Assembly (NCBI GenBank): GCA_964389655.1
Contig: CAYMED010000008.1
Location: 22,052-86,051 of the forward strand
DNA length: 64,000 bases
From: an uncultured Candidatus Poseidoniales archaeon
Lineage (GTDB): Archaea > Thermoplasmatota > Poseidoniia > Poseidoniales > CAYMED01
Direction of reading: 5' to 3'
Positions 31,001 to 39,617 of the stretch are shown piece by piece. The translations under genes and the position numbers were made by a program. Under the pieces are notes generated by a model. It made no database searches. It worked only from the letters and a program-made list of their open reading frames with translations, and was not told the origin of the DNA. How positions within the stretch are numbered: position 1 is the first letter of the stretch; each line of letters opens with the position of its first letter.

Positions 31001-31952
31001 ACAACTTGGGCCGGTCAATATGCTGGCTATTGAGCAATATGAAAGCACTCTTGAGCGCCTAGCGGCATTTGAATCGGATCTCAAAATTCTAGCCCAAGAG
31101 CGCGATCACCTCGATGGGCTTACAGAACGCCTTGAGGATGAGAGGAAGGCGCGCTTGCAAGCGGTATTGGAGGCAATCGACAAGAATTTCCAAGAGATCT
31201 ATCAGCGATTGGATTCGGGCGGAGAGGCCCACCTCGAACTTGAAAATCCAGATGATCCCTTCAACGCGGGCTTAGCCATGGTTGCAAGACCAGCAGGCAA
31301 AAGCAAAGTTACTCGTCTTGAATCGCTTAGCGGGGGTGAGAAATCAATGGTTGCTCTTGCCTTTGTCTTTGCCGTGCAGCAATTTGATCCATCTCCCTTT
31401 TATTATCTGGATGAAGTGGATCAGAATCTCGATGCTGCTAATGCACAGCGAATTGCTGAATTGTGTAGGGAAGTAAGTTCACACGCCCAATTCATTATGG
31501 TCAGCCTTCGGAAAGTGAGTTTACAGCTCGCAGACCATCACCTCGGAGTAACTCACCCAGGAGATGGGGTGAGTCAAATAATCACGGATCTCGACGCAGA
31601 CCGCGCTGTTGAAATCGGCGAAGCAGCATTGAAAGAGCAAGTGGATGGTGCCAAGAGCCAACGCAGCAAGGTGATTGAGGGCTTGCCGGATCCAACTAAT
31701 ATGGAGCGGGTTCCAGAACCTCATGTAGTTCTTTCAATCCTTGAATCTGATTCGGTCGGTCCGGACCAAATTCCTGAATCAATGAGTCACTTGGTCAAGC
31801 GTTCAGTAACAAACCCTGTTGATGATCCATCTATTGGAGGTCTTCTTTCTCGTGCAGTTGATGGTGTGGGGTCAGAGGAACCAGCAGGGGGAGAATTGAT
31901 TGAAAAGGACGCTGCATCAGTTCCTAGTATCGATGGAGATGGTGCTCAATGA
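28032..31952 (+). CDS. smc: Chromosome segregation protein SMC
   Basis: GPNGSGKSN Walker A, hinge (GIHGTLGEL, GRATFLPL, GGAMSGG), LSGGEKS signature, YYLDEVDQNLD. Confidence 0.97.
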   Translation: MYLSNVVVENFKSFRGTTIIPFECGFTAITGPNGSGKSNCGDAIQFVLGPRSSKSLRAGSVSDLIFNGGGTHRPATHCSVSLIFANPVLADGKRRLPLDQDEIKFTRSVKIGRKGQATSSYHLDGRVSSLGEFRRLLASSGIRADGYNIVLQGDVTALANMGSVPRRRVLEEIAGVTAYDQEITKANRQKNKAEASITHLELLHHDQCQRRDDLKSERELALKHKKLHDDLADARITHLWARHRAKFEEIELTLEQVEIQRQRSEFEKESVDQGHKDRLKLDENLAQIERSLEEILGPDHKTLTSSINNLRVRIDRAKDRIDEAEEASLRDVAEMERLESDKEGIVEEIAEVRNSADEAEAAAVNAAAALKKALDDEQSARDAVDAGDRRSHELLRTLAQANEAVGLAEENVGKARAEYERAQARLESVEAALGEAEERLEDLRLDVDDVKHRLEEIGGDTPAVDKKALLSRLQQLQEEDRSLCAQRDDLDARARKARRDLDESQRAATKRGDDLGGQSPAVRAILQLRDAGDVRGIHGTLGELAAPRDPLHEEALALALGGRLNSIVVEDDEVAASCIKWLRSARIGRATFLPLSKLSPLRDGGRAQLVSRKDGVVGFAWSLLHIEERFSVALRHAVRDTLVVESTSVGRTHMGGVRMVSLDGSVFEPGGAMSGGKGPKSQRASFGGDARRKHAVDEFRSEVTRLEMALDAISSAVDENRASQRKVRGDIQTASAADLNDEVQELRMRADLLEKDRPKVNAAVAARKSELEKATAGVEAALVSIDEAELEVGQCIEEREASSKEVHEQTPEHLATRLRAAEEARLASREAGAEADAAKLNAEGRITLLESAKSDIQRRMDRLISDSETREKLVAEENSERSEAASELEGLERQQSEISEEADALSASRLEAVERRARIEQNIRSAEDRMRRHDESRMALEQRILAQRSELSELDSEIEDGEIGTPPAGLDLPSVESARDRERRLSRQLEQLGPVNMLAIEQYESTLERLAAFESDLKILAQERDHLDGLTERLEDERKARLQAVLEAIDKNFQEIYQRLDSGGEAHLELENPDDPFNAGLAMVARPAGKSKVTRLESLSGGEKSMVALAFVFAVQQFDPSPFYYLDEVDQNLDAANAQRIAELCREVSSHAQFIMVSLRKVSLQLADHHLGVTHPGDGVSQIITDLDADRAVEIGEAALKEQVDGAKSQRSKVIEGLPDPTNMERVPEPHVVLSILESDSVGPDQIPESMSHLVKRSVTNPVDDPSIGGLLSRAVDGVGSEEPAGGELIEKDAASVPSIDGDGAQ

Positions 31953-32932
31953 GCCTTGCAGTATCTGGGGTGGATACCGCTCAATTACGCCTTGATGATA
32001 CGGTCATTCAAAGTTTAATTCTCCAAAATGGACCCTCATTACGCCAGCGGGATCTTTTGGTTGAGGAGGCCCTTGAAGAGGGGCGGCACCATCTTGACCT
32101 TTCTGACCCATTTGATCGTTCTGTCGCTCTTGTCTTTGAATTAATTTCGACGCATGACTTTGATCCTTGGGCTATCGACTTGCATCGCTTCATCGAATTA
32201 TTTACCGAGCGTATTGAAACAACAGAAGGTCTTGATTTACCCGCCTGTGGGCGGTTATTACGCCTTGCATGGGGTGTGCTTGCTGGGCGCGCTGAAGAGT
32301 TACTCGGCCGTCAACAAATGATGGATGTTGAGGAAGATGACTATTGGGATGGATCTGAGATTGATGGTTGGCAAAGTGACTTGGATGATGCATCTTTTGA
32401 ATTCACAATGCGGATGGTCGATGGAACCGGCCATAATGCACTTGAGAGCTTACTTTCCCCTAGGCTACGGAGGGATGAGGGGCGACCAGTTACGTTGACT
32501 GAACTGCTTGCAGGCCTGTCTGATGGTCAAGATGATATGGCGATCCGGGCGGAACTCGAAGCGAATAGGAAAAGGCACGCTGCAAATCTTGAATTGGCTT
32601 TGTCAAATGTAAGTAATCGGGCGCACGATGAGAACTTGGAAGGTGATTTGGAACGCGTCTGGCAAAATTTGCAATCGTTAGATGGTGGTAAAGGGGTTTC
32701 CATGCCTGATTTGAGGAAGAAAATGGTTGATGTCGAGGGAGTAACTGAGGATTTGGATCGAAGGGAGGTCGAAGTTGCAACATTCATTGCGGTATTATTT
32801 CTCACGCGCCTCTCAATTGCAAAAATATCTCAGTCGGATGCAGGTGTTGTCCACATCCGTAATTTGTGGCCGGAGGCAAATAATTTTCATGAGGCTCAGG
32901 CACTTGGTGGACAGAAAGGGTTGGGGATATGA
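31949..32932 (+). CDS. scpA: Kleisin ScpA
   Basis: FDPWAIDL, RPVTLTELL, VATFIAVLFL; ATGA-coupled to smc. Confidence 0.9.
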   Translation: MSLAVSGVDTAQLRLDDTVIQSLILQNGPSLRQRDLLVEEALEEGRHHLDLSDPFDRSVALVFELISTHDFDPWAIDLHRFIELFTERIETTEGLDLPACGRLLRLAWGVLAGRAEELLGRQQMMDVEEDDYWDGSEIDGWQSDLDDASFEFTMRMVDGTGHNALESLLSPRLRRDEGRPVTLTELLAGLSDGQDDMAIRAELEANRKRHAANLELALSNVSNRAHDENLEGDLERVWQNLQSLDGGKGVSMPDLRKKMVDVEGVTEDLDRREVEVATFIAVLFLTRLSIAKISQSDAGVVHIRNLWPEANNFHEAQALGGQKGLGI

Positions 32933-33492
32933 TGGAAGGTGGACTTGAGCCGATGGTCGAGGCTCTGCTCTTTATTGCAGGTAAACCACTTACTGTGGGT
33001 GATCTTTGTGAACGCCTCAATGCGGGGACGGGTGATGTTGAAGCAGCTTTGCAATCTTTGCAGAAGCATCACAGGCGTCGAAAAATTGGGTCTCTAAGGG
33101 TGAATAAAGCGGGAAAGGGCTGGGTTCTTGAAGTTGCTACAGGTCTTTCGGAGCAATTGGAAAGTGTTGCGAGGGCTGAGATTCCAAAGCGCTTGCTTCC
33201 AACAGCGGCCCTGATTGCTTACCATCAACCAATATCACAATCTGATTTGGTCCAGATGATAGGGCAAAAAGCGTATGATCATGTCCATGACCTTTCATCA
33301 TTTGGTCTCATCGATCGCCGGCGTGATGGGAATACGCGTCGTCTGACTACAACGGCGAGGTTTGCTGAGTACTTTGGTTGCCCATCGGCGGATCGTAACG
33401 CCGTACGTGCTTGGTTCAGGGAGCGTGCTTCTGCCTTGGGCCTTGATGCTTCGGACCCCGCTATGGAAGGGGATCGTTCAGTTATTGTTTGA
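32929..33492 (+). CDS. scpB: ScpB
   Basis: VEALLFIAGKPL, TAALIAYHQPISQSDL, TTARFAEYFG. Confidence 0.93.
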   Translation: MMEGGLEPMVEALLFIAGKPLTVGDLCERLNAGTGDVEAALQSLQKHHRRRKIGSLRVNKAGKGWVLEVATGLSEQLESVARAEIPKRLLPTAALIAYHQPISQSDLVQMIGQKAYDHVHDLSSFGLIDRRRDGNTRRLTTTARFAEYFGCPSADRNAVRAWFRERASALGLDASDPAMEGDRSVIV

Positions 33493-34794
33493 GCGAAGGT
33501 CCTTGATTGCAGCTTCAACAGATGCCATTGTGATTCTTGTTCCACTGGATCGCAATTTGGAGGCTACTTCATCGACTTCACTGCCTTTGGCGCCAGCAGA
33601 TGCGGCCATATTGCGCACATGGAGTTTCATGTGGCCTGCTTGGATGCCTACTGTTGCTAAGGCGCGCAGTGCGCCAAGATTTTGAGCGAGTCCCGCGGCA
33701 GCCATTACGGCAGCCAATTCGTTGGCGCTTTCTGTTCCAAGTAAAGCAACATTGGCTTTGGCACCAGGGTGGACGCGAATTGCTCCCCCTATTAGGCCAA
33801 CTGCCATTGGCAATTCGATTGAACCAATCAGGTTGCCACTTGCATCTTTCTTCCACGTAGTTAGTGATGAGTATGTCCTATTGTGGGCAGCATATGAGTG
33901 GGCGCCTGATTCAATTGCTCTCCAATCTTGGCCACACGCGATTGCAATTGCTGAGATTGCGTTCATGATACCTTTGTTGTGGGTGGTTGCTCGAAACGGG
34001 TCTGCTGCGGCAAAATGGTATGCTTGAATGATGCCGTTGATCGTAGAGTCGCCATTTTGTTCCTTTCCCCCCATTTCTTCAGGGGTGAATATTGCAGATA
34101 CTCTTGCCAGCCGGTGTATTGCTAGGTTGGAGATGATTCGGAGGATGACGGTGCCGCCAGTGAGGTGTTCAATCGCTGGTGCAATGGACTCGGCCATTGT
34201 GTTTACTGCATTTGCTCCCATTGCATCCCTGCAATCAACGAGCAAATGGGCAATTACCATGGGTCCGGACAGTGTGTTCAATACTTTTGCTTCAATATCT
34301 CTGCACCCTCCGCCGAAACGAACTAGGATTGGATCAACTTCATTGCAAGCATCTATGAGCTCGTTTTTTGCCTCTAAAAGGCGCTTTTTAGCTAATTCTG
34401 GCTGATCGCAATCAACAACTTGTATCTGTCCAATCATGATTGGGTCTGTGTTGTCTGATGTGAACCCGCCTGAGGATAGGCATCGCTTTGCCATGTTTGA
34501 GGCAGCAGCCACGACAGATGGTTCCTCAAGAACGAATGGGATTAGGTATGATTTTCCATCAACTACGAAGTTTGTTGCTACTCCGACGGGTAGTGACATG
34601 GTGCCCACGACATTCTCGATCATTCGGTTGGCATCTTCTTCAAGCAATTCCCCTGATGCGGACCATGCATCAGTATGGACTTTTTCTAATCCTGCGAGTT
34701 CGGCGGCAATCTGCCGGCGCTCGGATACAGTATGTCGAAAGAAACCCTTGATGCGGCTATCTTCTACTGGCATATACTTCGTGCGAGCCGCCAT
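33478..34794 (-). CDS. hmgA: Hydroxymethylglutaryl-CoA reductase, class II
   Basis: MIENVVG, EEPSVVAAAS, DAMGAN, RATTHNKGIMN, GIQAGHMKLH. ATG 34794 follows a G-rich RBS. Confidence 0.95.
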   Translation of the reverse strand: MAARTKYMPVEDSRIKGFFRHTVSERRQIAAELAGLEKVHTDAWSASGELLEEDANRMIENVVGTMSLPVGVATNFVVDGKSYLIPFVLEEPSVVAAASNMAKRCLSSGGFTSDNTDPIMIGQIQVVDCDQPELAKKRLLEAKNELIDACNEVDPILVRFGGGCRDIEAKVLNTLSGPMVIAHLLVDCRDAMGANAVNTMAESIAPAIEHLTGGTVILRIISNLAIHRLARVSAIFTPEEMGGKEQNGDSTINGIIQAYHFAAADPFRATTHNKGIMNAISAIAIACGQDWRAIESGAHSYAAHNRTYSSLTTWKKDASGNLIGSIELPMAVGLIGGAIRVHPGAKANVALLGTESANELAAVMAAAGLAQNLGALRALATVGIQAGHMKLHVRNMAASAGAKGSEVDEVASKLRSSGTRITMASVEAAIKDLRSNNN

Positions 34795-34812
34795 CCCCCC
34801 TTCATCATTCGG

Positions 34813-34961
34813 ACGCTTCAACGCGTTAATTAACACATCAACGCGTCAACCAACGCGTTAACAAAACACCCCTACGCGTTAACAAAACCCCCCAAACGAC
34901 AACCATAACGCGGCGTCGCACCACGAAGAACGCGTTGAAATGGCGCGTTCTGACGCGTCAA
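34813..34961. repeat. Array of ACGCGT-centred palindromes, including a 21-bp tandem direct repeat
   Basis: Exact ACGCGT at 34821, 34841, 34853, 34874, 34930 and 34953; near-matches at 34813, 34908 and 34943. Tandem pair ACGCGTTAACAAAACACCCCT (34853-34873) and ACGCGTTAACAAAACCCCCCA (34874-34894), 19/21 identical. Confidence 0.9.
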
Positions 34962-34985
34962 TCAACCGAACCTTGAAGGAGTCTC

Positions 34986-36389
34986 TTGGTTGCCCAAGGC
35001 TCAATGTTGTCTAAGTGGAAATTTGATCTTCCAGCACTTCGATCGAATCCATTCTCACTTGCGCCACTTGAACCTGAGTCTCGTGATTTACTCGTTGGCA
35101 GGGGAGTTGAAGTTGAACGATTTTATGAATCGGTTCATTACAGTTCAGCTCGCCAAATTCTCCTTATCGGGGAATCAGGCAGTGGGCGCACATCGCTATT
35201 ATCGGCAGTTGCGGGAATGGTGGATGCTCCAAAACGCTTCACGATGCTTCCTGAAGATGGTGATTTAGACCGATGCTTGGGTGAATTGTATTGTACATTG
35301 GTCTCGTTTGATTCCCCGCAAGGTGGCCGATCCTCAATCGTAGAGCACATTGTCGCTTCTCTTGCACCTTCACCGAATGGGGAGATCCCTCTGATTATTC
35401 TTGATGATTCATCAATTGATGGGGGCATCCTCGCAGAACTTACCATGCGTCTATTACCTCTTTTTCGCCGCATGAAGGCAGTTGTAGTTATTTCCGTTAC
35501 TCCTGCACAAATTGCATCTTGGTCCGATGATCTCGTCGAATCATTTGATCTAATTGGGCCATTAAATCCGCTCGCAGAAGAGGAAGTAAAGGACTTGATC
35601 TGCTCGAGAATGAACAGAGCAGGTGCACACGGGTGGGTTCCTCCTCAGGGCTTAGTTGAGGAGATTCTTGACCAAACAGGAGGGCATCCTAGACGTATTG
35701 TTCGGCTAATGCGAGATGCGATAGACCATCAGAGAACTGGGCGTGATCGAACTTCTGCCCTTGCAGAACTCCATTTGCGAATGCAAAGCCAACTGGAAAA
35801 TTCCTCCTCCCTTGATGAATTAGAATCTTCACCTTCTCCGCCAGTTCATTCATTATCGCCTCTACCAATTCCCGTATCAAATGTGCAAACTCCAGAACCG
35901 ATCCACACTCAAACTTTCCAAGAGGCACCAGGAGTTGAATGGTCAGCTTCTCCGGAGATATTGGGTCACTCTCCGTCTCCTCCCGGATTTGGTGGTTTGG
36001 CAGCGCGTAATAGGAATTTCTTGGACGCATCCAATGAATTTCCATCCCCATCGGATCAACCAGTAACGCCACTTCCACTAGCTCCGGATCCAAGGATCGA
36101 TCAAATTTCTCCAGAACCCGAACCATCTCTCTTAATAGACGATCTAAAGGGGATGGAAGTCACATTACTGATTGCAGCGGCAGGTCGCTCAATTTCTCCT
36201 TCGGACGAAAAATTGCAACTCGACTTTGGCATTGGACGTCCTCGTCTTTCACAGATTCTCAACGGTTTGCGAAAGCGCGGATATCTCAATGTTGAGATGC
36301 AAGGCCGCCATCGCATGTTCCGCACTCCCGTTTCTATTCACACATCGCTGATACATGCCGGTCACCTTGAGGAGGTGGAAAGTACATGA
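34986..36389 (+). CDS. Atypical AAA+ ATPase-like protein with Pro-rich linker and C-terminal winged HTH
   Basis: NPF..LLVGR..E, Walker A GESGSGRTS (Arg for Lys), Walker B IILDD, TGGHPR, a Ser/Pro-rich linker, and RPRLSQILNGLRKRGYL...QGRHRMF wHTH. GAAGGAG RBS precedes the TTG start. Confidence 0.8.
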   Translation: MVAQGSMLSKWKFDLPALRSNPFSLAPLEPESRDLLVGRGVEVERFYESVHYSSARQILLIGESGSGRTSLLSAVAGMVDAPKRFTMLPEDGDLDRCLGELYCTLVSFDSPQGGRSSIVEHIVASLAPSPNGEIPLIILDDSSIDGGILAELTMRLLPLFRRMKAVVVISVTPAQIASWSDDLVESFDLIGPLNPLAEEEVKDLICSRMNRAGAHGWVPPQGLVEEILDQTGGHPRRIVRLMRDAIDHQRTGRDRTSALAELHLRMQSQLENSSSLDELESSPSPPVHSLSPLPIPVSNVQTPEPIHTQTFQEAPGVEWSASPEILGHSPSPPGFGGLAARNRNFLDASNEFPSPSDQPVTPLPLAPDPRIDQISPEPEPSLLIDDLKGMEVTLLIAAAGRSISPSDEKLQLDFGIGRPRLSQILNGLRKRGYLNVEMQGRHRMFRTPVSIHTSLIHAGHLEEVEST

Positions 36390-37429
36390 GCAGTGAAAAT
36401 TCGTGGACTATTGCATGGTCTCATGAATTTGAGAACAATATTTCAGCACTTGGAATTGATATGAACGGTGCCATCGTTCTAAGTGACGACAAAGTATACG
36501 CTTTTGACCCAAATGGTTCTCAGATTTGTTCGACAAGATTGCGTGCTTCGACTTATTCGGTTTCTATTTCAGAGGGAATCGTTGCAATTCTAAGTGGCCC
36601 AGATCTTTGGTTTCTCAGCCGCGAGAATCTAGATTCAGTATTTGAACCAAGGCGTGTTCCAGGTGGTTTTCATTCAGTGATCCCTAGAGTGGGGGGTGGA
36701 TGGGTTGCTGCAGACCGTGGAGACCATATCCATCTTTTTTCTGAGCGTGGACGTGGATTAAGACGAATACGTAGTGGCGCAGTTCGCCGCCTCTTGGGTT
36801 GGTTTGATCGAGAGCATTTGTTATTGCAAGGCCTCGATGGGCGTCTTTCTTGTATTTGTGTTACTGGAAGAGGGCGTAAGCGCACAGTCGACGAACGCCC
36901 GTGGTCATATGCGAGTTTGTTGCATGATGGTGCTTGTTTAGTAGAGTCGATTGATGGTGCTTTGCATATTGGAGTGCCGGATCCTTTTGGCTGGTCTCGT
37001 TTTGACCTTGCTTCACCCCCTGGTGTTCTAGAGCCATCCTCTTCCGCTCCCTGTGTCGACGGGTGGCTTGTTGTCGACCTTTCAGGTGAGGTTCATCTTG
37101 CTCCAATTACTGAAAATCCCTCCCCAATTGTTCAGAAAGCAGACCTCATTGCCTCAGATGGGCAATATGCTGCAGGTGTTGGAAATCGATCTGGCTTATT
37201 CCGGTGGATCGATGCTCCTGTAGCAAGTCATCAACGTGGTATTGACTTGCGGAAGCGAGCAGCAGAAGCGCGAGAGAAATCAGATTGGGATCAAAGAGAA
37301 AGCCTCTTTGAAAAGGCCCGAGATGCGGAAGATGGGGGTGCAATTACCCGCGCGATTGAACTTTATCGGGCCTTAGGCCGAGATGAAGATGTACGCCGCT
37401 TACTTGCTGTGCAGGAGGAAGATCGATGA
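36386..37429 (+). CDS. Beta-propeller-like protein with C-terminal TPR-like helices
   Basis: Repeated short beta blades (VYAFDPNG, IHLFSERG, LVVDLSGEV) and a helical end (LFEKARDAEDGGAITRAIELYRALGR); ATGA-coupled. Confidence 0.6.
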   Translation: MSSENSWTIAWSHEFENNISALGIDMNGAIVLSDDKVYAFDPNGSQICSTRLRASTYSVSISEGIVAILSGPDLWFLSRENLDSVFEPRRVPGGFHSVIPRVGGGWVAADRGDHIHLFSERGRGLRRIRSGAVRRLLGWFDREHLLLQGLDGRLSCICVTGRGRKRTVDERPWSYASLLHDGACLVESIDGALHIGVPDPFGWSRFDLASPPGVLEPSSSAPCVDGWLVVDLSGEVHLAPITENPSPIVQKADLIASDGQYAAGVGNRSGLFRWIDAPVASHQRGIDLRKRAAEAREKSDWDQRESLFEKARDAEDGGAITRAIELYRALGRDEDVRRLLAVQEEDR

Positions 37430-37725
37430 GTGATGATATGGTAATGGTAACTCTTGAACGAATTGAGAAGGCACTTTCAATTACTGCTGAGGCTCGAAAA
37501 TTGTTGTCTCCTCTTGTAACTGCAGATTCACATCTTGGAAAAATTCTGGCAGATATGCTTCGTATGGCCGATGATTACATCGCTGATGCATCTCATTTCA
37601 GAGATAAAGGAGATCTTGTGCGGGCGCACGCCGCTTCTTCTTATGCGCATGCTTGGCTTGATGCCTCGGTGCGAATCGGTCTTGCTGATGGGCATGGCGA
37701 TGATCGACTATTCACTCTACCATGA
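37426..37725 (+). CDS. DUF357 family protein
   Basis: MADDYIADASHFRDKGDLVRAHAASSYAHAWLDASVRIGL ... LFTL. Confidence 0.9.
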   Translation: MSDDMVMVTLERIEKALSITAEARKLLSPLVTADSHLGKILADMLRMADDYIADASHFRDKGDLVRAHAASSYAHAWLDASVRIGLADGHGDDRLFTLP

Positions 37726-37832
37726 CTATTCATCATTTGTTAAGGATGACCCCATAGTACCGCACAATTTGGACTCCATCTGAGGCGGTAGTTGCGAGAT
37801 ATTCAAGAACGACCGAATATGGGTTTATTTCC

Positions 37833-39002
37833 ATGCCCTCATATTTGGATCGCATTGGAGCAGGTCTTGTGATTCGAGATCCAGTTCCATTGGGGTATGA
37901 ATTTGTTCCTTCAGAACTTGTGGGCCGAGATCATCAACTTGAATCTCTTGCTTCACTATTTACGGGTATTGATCGACCAAACATAAGTTGTAGGGCTGCG
38001 ATTACTGGTCCAGTTGGTTCAGGAAAGAGTGTTATTTCTCGCCGTTTTGGCCTCGACCTTGTCTCCCATCTTGCTTTAGTACGTCCAACCAAAGTTGTCC
38101 GAGTCAATTGCCGTAATCACCCGACAACGCCACAAGTAATGCAGCGTTTAATCACATCACTAGATGCCCGGCACCCTGAACGCGGGTTGGGTCGAGGCGA
38201 AATTCTGCAATCATTGCGTCGTCATTTGATCCAAGATAATCTTCATCTTCTCATAATCTTGGATGAGATCGATCATTTGTTGTCAAAGGAAGGGGATGAT
38301 TTACTCTATCAGTTACTGCGGATTGATGAGGATCAAGACACCGCAGGTTCTGTTTCTCTTATCATCATCAGCCAAGAGCCAGTTCTTGAACGCCTTGATG
38401 CATCAGTGCTCTCTCGCTTTGGTCGGAGCCATCAACTTTCTCTTCAGGCATATGACCGAGCATCTTTATTCCAAATTGTTGAACAACGCGCATCTTTGGC
38501 ATTAGTTGATCATGCCTGTGATCCATCAATTATGCGATTGATTGCGGAGGCAGCTAGTGACATTGGGGATGCACGACTTGCCATTGAGATGCTTGATGAG
38601 GCCGCAAAAAGGGCAGAAAGAGCAGGACGTGATACAATTGAGCCCAAGGACGTTCAGCGCGCTACATCTGTCCGGCCAACGCATGTTGAACCATTTGATT
38701 TTGACACGCTTCCCAAACACGCTAGCCTTGTTCTCCTTGCGGCCGCCCGTCGTTTGCGAAAAGAACCCGAAGTATCGAGTGGAGAAATTGAGCAATTATA
38801 CCGTCTAGTGTGCGAGGAAGTCGAAGAATCAGCCCGTGGCCATACTACCGTATATTCACATCTAAAACGCCTTGAACAAGCAGGAATTTTGACAGCCCGT
38901 CAATCAACAATTGAAGGTGGTCGTGGTCGTACACAGTATTTTTCGATGCCCACGCTTTTACCCCAAGATCTCGTGGTCCGGCTTGAGAAAACGATCCGAT
39001 AA
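37833..39002 (+). CDS. cdc6: Orc1/Cdc6 replication initiator
   Basis: YEFVPSELVGRD, GPVGSGKS, VNCR, IILDEID, GDARLAIEML, and a wH domain with GGRGRT wing. Confidence 0.95.
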   Translation: MPSYLDRIGAGLVIRDPVPLGYEFVPSELVGRDHQLESLASLFTGIDRPNISCRAAITGPVGSGKSVISRRFGLDLVSHLALVRPTKVVRVNCRNHPTTPQVMQRLITSLDARHPERGLGRGEILQSLRRHLIQDNLHLLIILDEIDHLLSKEGDDLLYQLLRIDEDQDTAGSVSLIIISQEPVLERLDASVLSRFGRSHQLSLQAYDRASLFQIVEQRASLALVDHACDPSIMRLIAEAASDIGDARLAIEMLDEAAKRAERAGRDTIEPKDVQRATSVRPTHVEPFDFDTLPKHASLVLLAAARRLRKEPEVSSGEIEQLYRLVCEEVEESARGHTTVYSHLKRLEQAGILTARQSTIEGGRGRTQYFSMPTLLPQDLVVRLEKTIR

Positions 39003-39081
39003 TTCCCTTCAAGTTGATTCCCTACGTCCCGAAGTGCTGATATACGGTTGTCAGGTGGGCGACCTCGCAGGTCGTTGAATC

Positions 39082-39600
39082 ATGGCTAAGGGTGAGGAAT
39101 CCGTATTCAAAGCGGTTGTCAATGATACAGACCCTGAAGCGAAAGGCAAATCCTATTCTATAGAGATTAAGGGCCCGAATTACAGTCAATTTCTCGGAAA
39201 AAGAGTTGGCGATGTAGTTGATGGAATTTTTGTCGGTGAAGGCGATACGACACTGGCCGGTTATAAGTTGGAGATCCGAGGGGGCAGTGACCTCACAGGT
39301 ACGCCCATGAGAGGCGATATTACTGGAGGAAATCGAAAACAGGTGATGACTGCTCCAACAACAGGCTTTGCAGGAAAGAAACGAGTGCATTACAAACAGA
39401 AAACTCTCAGACGTCGTAAGCACGATGTTGCTCTCGTGCGAATTTCCAAACCCAAAGGGCTGCGTATGCGGCGTGTATTTCGAGGAAACACAATCACGAC
39501 CGACATCATTCAAATTAATCTCAAGGTTGTAGAACGTGGAAGTAAGCCACTTGGTGTGATCTTCAACAGCGAGGACGAGGAAGCCGGCGAGGACGCCTGA
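39082..39600 (+). CDS. rps6e: 30S ribosomal protein S6e
   Basis: GYKLEIRGGSDLTGTPMRGD, RGNTIT.DIIQINLKV. Confidence 0.96.
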   Translation: MAKGEESVFKAVVNDTDPEAKGKSYSIEIKGPNYSQFLGKRVGDVVDGIFVGEGDTTLAGYKLEIRGGSDLTGTPMRGDITGGNRKQVMTAPTTGFAGKKRVHYKQKTLRRRKHDVALVRISKPKGLRMRRVFRGNTITTDIIQINLKVVERGSKPLGVIFNSEDEEAGEDA

Positions 39601-39617
39601 GGTGCGGGGGTGCGCTT

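Noticed and set aside
34813-34961. CRISPR array, or fungal MCB cell-cycle boxes
   Set aside because: Repeats are too short and irregular, with no spacers and no cas genes. Identity to the MluI/MCB hexamer is treated as coincidence because no KilA-N/APSES protein is visible.
37726-37832. Canonical ORB origin beside cdc6 (CTCCATCTGAGG; also TTCAAGTTGA near 39008)
   Set aside because: Single weak matches, no G-string, no repeated copies and no AT-rich unwinding element.
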